Source of the DNA: Actinomycetota bacterium
Lineage (GTDB): Bacteria; Actinomycetota; Coriobacteriia; Anaerosomatales; SLCP01
Direction: 5' to 3'
Assembly: GCA_037446725.1 (NCBI GenBank)
Contig: JBBIIC010000004.1
Span: 74,891-138,890, forward strand
DNA length: 64,000 bases
Every line of letters starts with the position of its first letter. The stretch's first letter is position 1. This document shows, one piece after another, positions 30,457-40,466 of this stretch. The notes beneath the pieces are model-generated. The model made no database searches, was not told where the DNA came from, and saw nothing but the letters and a program-made list of their open reading frames with translations. The translations under genes and the position numbers were made by a program.

Positions 30457-32184
30457 ATGACCGTCGCACTACGCATGAGCAACCTGCACGTCCCGACGCT
30501 CAAAGAGGATCCTGCCGAGGCCGAGATCGCCTCGCACCGGTTGCTACTGCGCGCGGGCATGATCCGCAAGGCCGCCTCAGGCATCTACACGTTCCTTCCC
30601 CTCGGCTGGCGCAGCGTGCGCAAGATCGAGCAGATCGTTCGCGAGGAAATGGACGCCATCGGCTCCCAGGAGCTCCTCCTGCCGTTCGTCCAGCCTGCCG
30701 AGCTCTGGCTCGACTCCGGCCGCTGGGACGCATACGGCCCAGAGCTCGCTCGCCTCACCGACCGGCAGGGCCGGGAGTTCTGCCTCGGCCCGACCCACGA
30801 AGAGATCATCACCGCGCTTGTTAGAGGCGAGGTGCGGTCCTATCGCGACCTGCCGCTGTCTCTCTACCAGATCAACCTCAAGTTCCGCGACGAGATGCGC
30901 CCGCGTTTCGGCCTGCTGCGTGGCCGGGAGTTCATCATGAAGGATGCCTACTCGTTCCACGACTCCCAGGAGTCCCTGCAGGAACACTACGACGACCAGG
31001 CGCGCGCGTATGGGCGCATCTGCGAGCGCCTCGGACTGGTGTACCGACCGGTCGAGGCCGACTCCGGACAGATCGGGGGATCGGTGACCACCGAGTTCAT
31101 GGCGCTTGCCGAAACCGGAGAGGCCTCCCTCGTGTTCTGTGGATGCGGATGGGCCGCCAACGTCGAGGCCGCGGCCACCATCGTCCCGCGCTCACCCGGA
31201 GTCACCGAGCCGCGCCCTATGGAACGCGTGCACACTCCCGACATCCGAACGATCGCCGAGCTCGCCGAGTTCCTCGGTATGCCCGGGCACGACACGGTGA
31301 AGACCATGGCCGGGAAGACTCCCGAGGGCCGGCTGGTCTACTTCTGCGTTCCGGGCGACCGCGAGCTCAATCCGGTCAAGGCCGGTCGCGCGGTTCCTGG
31401 AGTCGAACTGCTCGACGAGGCCGATTTCGCTGCCTTCGCCATCCCCAAGGGCTCACTCGGCCCGGTCGATCCTCCTGCAGACACGCTCGTGGTGGCCGAC
31501 AGCTCGCTGCGTGGCGAGGTCTCGTGGGGAGTGGGAGCGAACGCCGGGGACTACCACTTCATCGGAGCCATGCCCGGACGCGATTTCGACGTCGAGCTCT
31601 GGGCCGACCTCGTCGTGGCCGAACCGGGTGACGGCTGCCCCGTGTGCGGACGAGCGCTCGAGAGCGGGCGCGGCATCGAGGTGAGCCAGGTCTTCCAGCT
31701 CGGCACGAAGTACTCAGCGGCGCTCGGGGCGACCTTCATGGCCGAGGACGGGACCGAGAACCCCTTCGTGATGGGCTGCTACGGCGTGGGTATCACGCGC
31801 TCGCTCGCCGCCGTCATCGAGCAGCACCACGACGAGGGAGGCATCGTCTGGCCAATGTCGGTGGCCCCGCTGGAAGCGGTCGTCGTACCGCTCTCTGTAG
31901 GGGATGAAGAGGTATGGCCGGTCGCCGAGCGGCTCTGGCGAGAACTTGCCGAGGCAGGCGTGGAGACCCTCATCGACGACCGCGACGAGCGTGCCGGTGT
32001 CAAGTTCGCCGATGCCGATCTCGTGGGATACCCGTTTCAGGTGGTTGTTGGCAAGCGGGGAGTCTCCGGCGGCGTCGTCGAGCTGAAGGACCGCGCGACC
32101 GGCGAGCGCACGGAGGTCCCGATCGGCGATCTTGTCACCTCCCTTGCCATGCGCATCGCGGACGAGCGCACGAGGTTCATCTGA
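30457..32184 (+). CDS. proS: Prolyl-tRNA synthetase (bacterial type with INS editing domain)
   Basis: PTLKEDPAEAEIASHRLLLRAGMIRK..SGIY..LP, FRDE.RPRFGL.R.REF.MKDAYSF. The start is ATG 30457 (alternative 30475). Confidence 0.95.
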   Translation: MTVALRMSNLHVPTLKEDPAEAEIASHRLLLRAGMIRKAASGIYTFLPLGWRSVRKIEQIVREEMDAIGSQELLLPFVQPAELWLDSGRWDAYGPELARLTDRQGREFCLGPTHEEIITALVRGEVRSYRDLPLSLYQINLKFRDEMRPRFGLLRGREFIMKDAYSFHDSQESLQEHYDDQARAYGRICERLGLVYRPVEADSGQIGGSVTTEFMALAETGEASLVFCGCGWAANVEAAATIVPRSPGVTEPRPMERVHTPDIRTIAELAEFLGMPGHDTVKTMAGKTPEGRLVYFCVPGDRELNPVKAGRAVPGVELLDEADFAAFAIPKGSLGPVDPPADTLVVADSSLRGEVSWGVGANAGDYHFIGAMPGRDFDVELWADLVVAEPGDGCPVCGRALESGRGIEVSQVFQLGTKYSAALGATFMAEDGTENPFVMGCYGVGITRSLAAVIEQHHDEGGIVWPMSVAPLEAVVVPLSVGDEEVWPVAERLWRELAEAGVETLIDDRDERAGVKFADADLVGYPFQVVVGKRGVSGGVVELKDRATGERTEVPIGDLVTSLAMRIADERTRFI

Positions 32185-32262
32185 TGCTCCCTGCTCCTTT
32201 CGTCCGGCCCTTCCGGTGACATCCGGGAGGGGCTCCGGTGATTCTTTGCCCCCACCCTGCAC

Positions 32263-32273
32263 TATGATAGAAT
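32263..32273 (+). promoter_or_regulatory. Candidate -10 region of the rimP-nusA-infB operon promoter
   Basis: Overlapping TATGAT (32263-32268) and TAGAAT (32268-32273) hexamers in the proS-rimP gap. Confidence 0.45.
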
Positions 32274-32299
32274 TGTCGGGGTCTACAGCGTGTCCTGCG

Positions 32300-32326
32300 A
32301 GAAGTGGGTAACCCCCGCTTCTTTTC
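32300..32326 (+). terminator. Terminator-like attenuator hairpin in the rimP-nusA leader
   Basis: AGAAGTGGG (32300-32308) pairs with CCCGCTTCT (32314-32322) over 9 bp including one G-U, followed by TTTTCG. It lies between the -10 element and the rimP RBS at 32331-32339. Confidence 0.5.
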
Positions 32327-32346
32327 GTCTGGAAGGAGGTCGGCAC

Positions 32347-32835
32347 GTGACACGGGAACTCGAAGACAGCCTGGCTTCGTCGCTCGCGTCCGCGGCTGAG
32401 TGCCACGGGTACGAACTCGTCGCCGTCGAGCTTGCCGGTGCCCACGCACAGCCGACCTTGCGCATCTTCCTGGACAAGGAAGGCGGCATCACGCTCGACG
32501 CGATCTGCGAGGCGAACGCGTGGATATCCGCGCTCCTCGACGAGCTCGAGCCGTTCGAGGGCGCATACACGCTCGAGGTGTCCTCGCCGGGAATCGATCG
32601 CCCGCTGCGCACGATGGCGGACTTCGAGCGTTTCGCGGGATCGACGGCGAACGTTCGCACGCGCCCGATCGACGGGCGCACGAGATTCACCGGGGTCATC
32701 ACCGGTGTACGGGACGACGGATTCGTCCTCCAGGTTGACGGAAAACCCGTCCACATCCCCCTCGATGAGGTGCGCACCGCGCGCCTCAAGGGCGACGTGG
32801 ACTTCGGCCAGGGAAAGGGCGGTTGTGAGCAATGA
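32347..32835 (+). CDS. rimP: Ribosome maturation factor RimP
   Basis: GTG 32347 follows AAGGAGG. The N-terminus aligns with E. coli RimP (..GYELVAVEL.., LEVSSPGIDRPL). The track start at 32290 would place the hairpin in-frame and is less likely. Confidence 0.9.
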   Translation: MTRELEDSLASSLASAAECHGYELVAVELAGAHAQPTLRIFLDKEGGITLDAICEANAWISALLDELEPFEGAYTLEVSSPGIDRPLRTMADFERFAGSTANVRTRPIDGRTRFTGVITGVRDDGFVLQVDGKPVHIPLDEVRTARLKGDVDFGQGKGGCEQ

Positions 32836-33977
32836 GCTCTGAAATGATGGACGCGCTGCGCGCGCTCGCACGCGAGAAGAACATCGACGAATACGAGATG
32901 CTGGACCGCCTTGAGCACCAGCTCGCCATGACATACCGCCGTATCCTCGACCTTGAGAACGATACCCGCGTATCGATCGACCGTGAGAGCGGCCGCATCT
33001 ACGTCTACGAGCTCGTTCCCGTCGGTGGGACCGAAGAGGAACCCGAGCTCGAAGAGCGCGACATCACACCCGCTGACGTCTCGCGTATCGCCGCTCAGGC
33101 GGCCAAGAACGTCATCATGTCCTCGATCCGCGAGGCCGAGCGCGAGAAGATCTTCGAGGAGTACTCCGATCGTGTCGGGGAGAGCGTCACCGGGACCGTA
33201 CAGCAGTCGGACAGCCGTTACACGCTCATCAAGCTGCGTGAGGGCGTCGAGGCACTCCTGCCGCCCGCCGAGCAGCCTCCTAACGAGCGCTACGACCATA
33301 ACCAGCGACTCAAGGCCTACATCATCGAGGTGCGCAAGACGTCGACCGAGCCGTCGATCGTCGTCTCCCGCACCCACCCCGGTCTCATCCGCCGCCTGTT
33401 CGAACTCGAGGTGCCCGAGATTTACGACGGCATCGTAGAGATCAAGAGCGTGGCGCGCGAGCCCGGCATGCGCTCCAAGGTCGCCGTCGCAAGCCGCGAG
33501 TCCGGACTCGACCCTGTCGGCGCGTGCGTCGGTCCCAAAGGCAGCCGTGTGCGCATGATCGTGAGCGAGCTCCGTGGCGAGCGCATCGACGTCATCCCGT
33601 GGGCCGAGGAGCCCGCGGCCTACGTCGCCAACGCGATCTCGCCCGCCAAGGTCACTAACGTGCTTATCGACGAGAACAACCACATCGCCACGGTCATCGT
33701 GCCCGAAGACCAGCTCTCGCTCGCCATCGGCAAGGAGGGCCAGAACGCCCGCCTAGCCGCCAAGCTCACCGGCTGGCGCATCGACATCAAGAGCCAGGCC
33801 CAGGCCGCCGAGGCAGGCATCACCAGCCACGTCGCCGGCGGCGAGAGCGGTGGTCCGGACGAGGAGTCCGACGGCCGGTGCGTCGCGGTCACCAGCTCGG
33901 GCCTGCGCTGCCGCAACAAGGCGCGGCCGGGCAGTGTCTACTGCGGGATCCACGAGAAGGAGGGCGCCGACACGTGA
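32832..33977 (+). CDS. nusA: Transcription termination/antitermination factor NusA with a C-terminal Cys/His extension
   Basis: N-terminal domain, S1 domain (GTVQQSD...LIKL), two KH domains ([25 protein letters not shown]), then a tail of about 45 aa ending [25 protein letters not shown]. Confidence 0.95.
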   Translation: MSSEMMDALRALAREKNIDEYEMLDRLEHQLAMTYRRILDLENDTRVSIDRESGRIYVYELVPVGGTEEEPELEERDITPADVSRIAAQAAKNVIMSSIREAEREKIFEEYSDRVGESVTGTVQQSDSRYTLIKLREGVEALLPPAEQPPNERYDHNQRLKAYIIEVRKTSTEPSIVVSRTHPGLIRRLFELEVPEIYDGIVEIKSVAREPGMRSKVAVASRESGLDPVGACVGPKGSRVRMIVSELRGERIDVIPWAEEPAAYVANAISPAKVTNVLIDENNHIATVIVPEDQLSLAIGKEGQNARLAAKLTGWRIDIKSQAQAAEAGITSHVAGGESGGPDEESDGRCVAVTSSGLRCRNKARPGSVYCGIHEKEGADT

Positions 33978-34273
33978 CACGCGCGCGCAAGACACCGACG
34001 CGCACCTGCGTCGGCTGCGGTCACGCAGACGACAAGCGCGCCCTCGTGCGGATTGTGCGCACGAACGGCGGCCACACCGACCTCGATCCCTCGGGGAAGG
34101 CCAACGGCCGCGGGGCGTACGTCTGTGCCCGCGTCGAGTGTTTCGACGCGGCCATCGCCCGCAAGCGGTTCGATGCCGCCCTGCGCGTACACCTGCACGA
34201 TGACGACCTCGACCGACTAAGACGAGACCTCGAGGCCTACCTGGTTAGCACGGCCTCGCAGCAAGGACGGTGA
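33974..34273 (+). CDS. ylxR: YlxR/DUF448 RNA-binding protein
   Basis: RTCVGCG...K..L.R.V and GRGAY.C motifs. GTG 33974 overlaps the nusA stop (GTGA). Conserved position between nusA and infB. Confidence 0.85.
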   Translation: MTRARKTPTRTCVGCGHADDKRALVRIVRTNGGHTDLDPSGKANGRGAYVCARVECFDAAIARKRFDAALRVHLHDDDLDRLRRDLEAYLVSTASQQGR

Positions 34274-34277
34274 CCGT

Positions 34278-36713
<2,436 letters not shown>

Positions 36714-36721
36714 GGGGAGTC

Positions 36722-37114
36722 GTGAAGCAGACGCCTCGCACCCGCAAGATCAACGAGACCGTGCGCGAAGCGATCGCGATCATCCTCGCAGAGGAGATCG
36801 CCGATCCCCGTGTCGACCTTGCCACCGTCACGTCTGTCGAGGTGAGTTCCGACCTCATGGTCGCAAACGTCTACGTCATTACCCACGGCGGCGCCGAGCG
36901 CTACGCCGAACTGCTTGACGGCCTCGAGTCGGCGAAAGGGCGCATGCGCTCACTCCTCGGACAACGCATCACCCTGCGCTTCACGCCCGAGCTGCGGTTC
37001 TTCATAGACCGTTCGGTCGATGAGGGGATGCGCATCGCCGAGGCCCTCAAGGACATGCCGCCCTCCCTGCGCGAGGAGCGCGACGGAGAGGCGGACGACG
37101 AGACGCAGGAGTGA
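36722..37114 (+). CDS. rbfA: Ribosome-binding factor A
   Basis: R..K.NE.VRE.I..IL..EI.DPR......T.V.VS.DL..A.VY is the typical RbfA pattern. Confidence 0.93.
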   Translation: MKQTPRTRKINETVREAIAIILAEEIADPRVDLATVTSVEVSSDLMVANVYVITHGGAERYAELLDGLESAKGRMRSLLGQRITLRFTPELRFFIDRSVDEGMRIAEALKDMPPSLREERDGEADDETQE

Positions 37115-37121
37115 GCCGGTG

Positions 37122-38087
37122 ATGGCGGGGTACCACCGGGCTGCCGTCGAGCTGCGCAAGGCGGCCTCGGTGGCCATCTGCAGCCACGTGAAGCCCGACG
37201 GCGACGCAGTGGGTTCGACGCTTGCCCTCACCCTTGCACTCAAGGAGGCCGGTATCCCAGCGGTGCCGACCCTGGCCGACAATGCAGAGCCCCCCGGCTC
37301 ATACGAGTTCCTGCCCGGGTTCGGTCTCTACGTGCGAGCGGCGGAACTCGAGCCGCCTGACGTGTTCGTCGCGCTCGACACGCCCAACCTCGAGCGGCTC
37401 GGCGCCGCCGCCGACCTTGCGCGCTCCGCACGGGTTCTTGTCGTCATGGACCACCACCCGGACAACGCCCAGTTCGGTTCGGTCAACCTCGCGGACCCGC
37501 AGGCAGCGGCGACCGGTCTGATGGTGTGGCGCCTGTTGAGAGCGCTCGAGATCGCCCCTTCGCCCGAGGTCGCGTTGTGCTGCTGGGTCTCGCTCGTGAC
37601 CGATACCGGGCGTTTCGCCTACTCGAACACCACGCCGGACGCGCTGCGCGACGCGGCGGACATGCTCGAGGCGGGAGCCGACGCCGCCGAGGCCCACCGG
37701 ATGCTCTACGAAAGCCGAACGGCTGCGGCCCTCACGTTGGAGACCCGGGTGCTCGGCCGCCTGACCATGGTAAACGGCGGTCGCGTCGCGTACGCCTGGA
37801 TCGAGGATGCCGACTACGCGGACACAGGTGCGCGCCCCTGGGAGACCGAGCACCTCATCGACGCGGCGCGCGCGATACAAGGAATCGACGTTGCGCTCCT
37901 GCTGCGTGTCCATGCCGACGATGTACGCGTGAATCTGCGAGCCAAGACCGGTTTCGACGTGAGTGCGGTGGCCCGCCGATGGGGTGGGGGAGGTCACACC
38001 GCCGCCGCCGGGTTCACACTCGCAGGCGACCTGACGAGCGTCCTCGCTCAGGTCCTGCCGCAGTTGCCCGGAGGTGAAGGCGCGTGA
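37122..38087 (+). CDS. nrnA: DHH/DHHA1 phosphoesterase (NrnA-like nanoRNase/pAp phosphatase)
   Basis: H..PDGDAVGS, D, DHH (VVMDHHPDN) and GGGH (RWGGGGHTAAAG) motifs, in the position after rbfA. Confidence 0.85.
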   Translation: MAGYHRAAVELRKAASVAICSHVKPDGDAVGSTLALTLALKEAGIPAVPTLADNAEPPGSYEFLPGFGLYVRAAELEPPDVFVALDTPNLERLGAAADLARSARVLVVMDHHPDNAQFGSVNLADPQAAATGLMVWRLLRALEIAPSPEVALCCWVSLVTDTGRFAYSNTTPDALRDAADMLEAGADAAEAHRMLYESRTAAALTLETRVLGRLTMVNGGRVAYAWIEDADYADTGARPWETEHLIDAARAIQGIDVALLLRVHADDVRVNLRAKTGFDVSAVARRWGGGGHTAAAGFTLAGDLTSVLAQVLPQLPGGEGA

Positions 38088-39016
38088 GTCGGTCGCGGCG
38101 CGGGACGAGCGGGCTGTCCGGAGTGCTTGTCGTGGACAAGCCCGCCGGGATGACCAGTCACGACGTCGTCGCGACCGTGCGCCACTCGACCGGCGAAGGC
38201 CGTGTGGGCCATGCGGGCACGCTCGATCCCGCAGCGACTGGCGTGCTTGTCGTCCTTGTCGGCCCGGCCACCCGGCTTGCGCCGTATCTCACCGGGGCAG
38301 ACAAGCGCTATGAGGCCCGCATCGTCTTCGGGACGCAGACAGACACCGACGACGCCGAAGGGACTCCGGTCCGCACCGCCCCGATACCAGCACCCCTCAC
38401 CGACCCGACCTTCGCCGCCGACACTCTCTCCGGGCTGGTTGGGGTCCACGAACAGCGACCGCCCTCATACTCCGCGCTCAAGCGCGGTGGCGTCACCGCC
38501 CACCGCGCCGCGCGTGCGGGCAAGCCGCTTCACCTCGAAACGCGCTCTGTCGAGATCCTCCAGGCCCGGCTCATCGGACACGATGCTGGCGAAGCCGTCG
38601 CGTGGGAGGCGGAGTTCACCGTGTCTAAGGGCACGTATGTGCGTGCCATCGCGCGTGACCTCGGGAACGCACTCGGCACCGCTGCACACCTCGGCGCGCT
38701 CCGGCGGACCGCGAGCGGAGCCCTGGGGCTCTCCTCCGCGCGCACCCTCGAAGAGGTGGTCGCTGCCGGCCCGCACGTGGCACCTCTGTTTGCGGACCCC
38801 GTGCCCGCGCTCGGGCTGCCGGTGCATCGCGTCGGCGCCGCTGACGTCGCACGCGTCGGGATCGGCGCGTCCCTGCCATCGACCCCGGATCGCACGGTCA
38901 CTTCCGCCGGCGAGATCGCGCTCGCCGACGACGAGCGGCTCTGGGCCGTCTACCGTCTGACGACCGACGGCACCCTGCGCCCTGTCGTGGTCCTCGCGGG
39001 AGGTGTGCCTCGATGA
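38084..39016 (+). CDS. truB: tRNA pseudouridine55 synthase
   Basis: GVLVVDKPAGMTSHDVV and GHAGTLDP.ATGVL (catalytic Asp) motifs. Confidence 0.93.
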   Translation: MSRSRRGTSGLSGVLVVDKPAGMTSHDVVATVRHSTGEGRVGHAGTLDPAATGVLVVLVGPATRLAPYLTGADKRYEARIVFGTQTDTDDAEGTPVRTAPIPAPLTDPTFAADTLSGLVGVHEQRPPSYSALKRGGVTAHRAARAGKPLHLETRSVEILQARLIGHDAGEAVAWEAEFTVSKGTYVRAIARDLGNALGTAAHLGALRRTASGALGLSSARTLEEVVAAGPHVAPLFADPVPALGLPVHRVGAADVARVGIGASLPSTPDRTVTSAGEIALADDERLWAVYRLTTDGTLRPVVVLAGGVPR

Positions 39017-39936
39017 CCGGCGTCGTCACCTGGGAGCGCGGCACCAGACCGCTCGGCGACGCGGTCGCAGCGATCGGGGTATTCGACGGCGTGCACATCG
39101 GTCACCAGTCCCTCGTCCGACACGCCGCTGTCGACGCCGCTTCACGTGGACTGCAGTGTGTCGTGGTCACCTTCGACCGCGATCCCGACCAGGTCGTCAC
39201 GCCCGACAGTGCGGCCCCCCAGCTCCTGACGCTTGCGGACAAGTGCCGATTCATCGCCGAGGCTGGCGCGGACCGGGTCCTCGTGGTTCCGTTCGACGCA
39301 GATCTTGCGACACTCTCTCCCCGAGCATTCCTCGAGCATGTTCTACTCCGGGCCCTGACGCCGCATGCCGTTCATGTCGGAATCGACTTCCGCTTCGGCC
39401 GCGCCGCCGAGGGTACGGTCGAGACCTTGCACACGGCGGGCACCGACGCCGCCTTCCACGTGACCGCGCACGAGCTGGTCGCGGTGGACGGAACTCCGGT
39501 CACCTCCACACGCATCCGCGGGCTTGTTGCCGCAGGAGCGATCGAGGGCGCGGCCGCGCTTCTCGGCAGGGATCACCGGGCCACCGGCCTCGTTGTGCGG
39601 GGCAGGGGAGCGGGCTTGCGCGACCTCGGAGTGCCCACCGCGAACCTGCTCCCGGTCGAACACGCCGCGCTACCGGCCGACGGCGTCTATGCGGGATGGG
39701 CCGAGTTTGACGGGCGGCAGGTGCCCGCGGCGATCTCTGTCGGCGTCCCGCCGAGCTTCCCCTCGGCACACGACCGCCTCGAGGCGCACCTGATCGGTGT
39801 CGACGAGGACCTTTACGGCCGGACCCTGACCGTCGGGTTCACGCGCCGCCTTCGCGCCCTGATGGCGTTCGGCTCGGCCGCGGAGCTCGCGGCGGCCATG
39901 AAGCGCGACATCGGGCAGGTAGGCCGTACAGGCTAA
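39013..39936 (+). CDS. ribF: Bifunctional riboflavin kinase / FMN adenylyltransferase
   Basis: IGVFDGVH.GHQ, and a C-terminal kinase domain with G.G..LG.PTAN....P..GVYA. Confidence 0.93.
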   Translation: MTGVVTWERGTRPLGDAVAAIGVFDGVHIGHQSLVRHAAVDAASRGLQCVVVTFDRDPDQVVTPDSAAPQLLTLADKCRFIAEAGADRVLVVPFDADLATLSPRAFLEHVLLRALTPHAVHVGIDFRFGRAAEGTVETLHTAGTDAAFHVTAHELVAVDGTPVTSTRIRGLVAAGAIEGAAALLGRDHRATGLVVRGRGAGLRDLGVPTANLLPVEHAALPADGVYAGWAEFDGRQVPAAISVGVPPSFPSAHDRLEAHLIGVDEDLYGRTLTVGFTRRLRALMAFGSAAELAAAMKRDIGQVGRTG

Positions 39937-39947
39937 GCTAAGCGCGC

Positions 39948-39976
39948 TTACATTCGAAGCCGAGCCGTGCTATAGT
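39948..39976 (+). promoter_or_regulatory. Candidate promoter of rpsO
   Basis: TTACAT (39948-39953), 17-nt spacer, TGcTATAGT (39968-39976). Confidence 0.55.
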
Positions 39977-39995
39977 ACGCAGGTTGTATCGACTA

Positions 39996-40042
39996 CCCTC
40001 GCCTGAGACCCGCGACTCACCGACGCGGGCCCCGGACGAGGG
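39996..40042 (+). promoter_or_regulatory. Nested-helix structure in the rpsO 5' leader (candidate S15 autoregulatory element)
   Basis: The outer helix pairs CCCTCG (39996-40001) with CGAGGG (40037-40042). The inner helix pairs CCCGCG (40009-40014) with CGCGGG (40024-40029). The structure ends about 25 nt before ATG 40068. Confidence 0.35.
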
Positions 40043-40067
40043 CGGACCCGAACGGAAGGTGAACCAC

Positions 40068-40337
40068 ATGCCCTTGTCCAAGGACACCAAGGCCGAGATC
40101 GTCGCCCAGCACGCGCGGGGCGAGGCCGACACCGGCTCCCCGGAGGTTCAGATCGCGCTGCTCACCCAGCGCATCCGCGACCTCACCGAGCACCTCAAGA
40201 CTCACAAGAAGGACCACCACACACGCCGCGGCCTGCTTAAGCTCGTCGGACAGCGTCGCCGGCTCCTCGGGTACCTGAAGAAGACCGACATCGAGCGGTA
40301 TCGCGCGATCGTCGCGGAACTCGGGATCCGCGGGTAA
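40068..40337 (+). CDS. rpsO: 30S ribosomal protein S15
   Basis: [39 protein letters not shown] is canonical S15. Confidence 0.96.
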   Translation: MPLSKDTKAEIVAQHARGEADTGSPEVQIALLTQRIRDLTEHLKTHKKDHHTRRGLLKLVGQRRRLLGYLKKTDIERYRAIVAELGIRG

Positions 40338-40356
40338 GAACCCACAAGGCACTCCG

Positions 40357-40381
40357 AAGGCGGGAGAGAGCTCCCGCCTTC
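40357..40381 (+). terminator. Hairpin after rpsO (partial terminator upstream of pnp)
   Basis: GAAGGCGGGAG-agag-CTCCCGCCTTC forms an 11-bp perfect stem with a poor U-tract (CTTACTAC). Confidence 0.5.
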
Positions 40382-40466
40382 TTACTACCGGTCGCCCGAT
40401 GCGTCGGTAGCCGAGAGGACTCCGCGCGCGGGGCGCGGGGTGATGAGGTAGAGGAAGTAGGATCAG

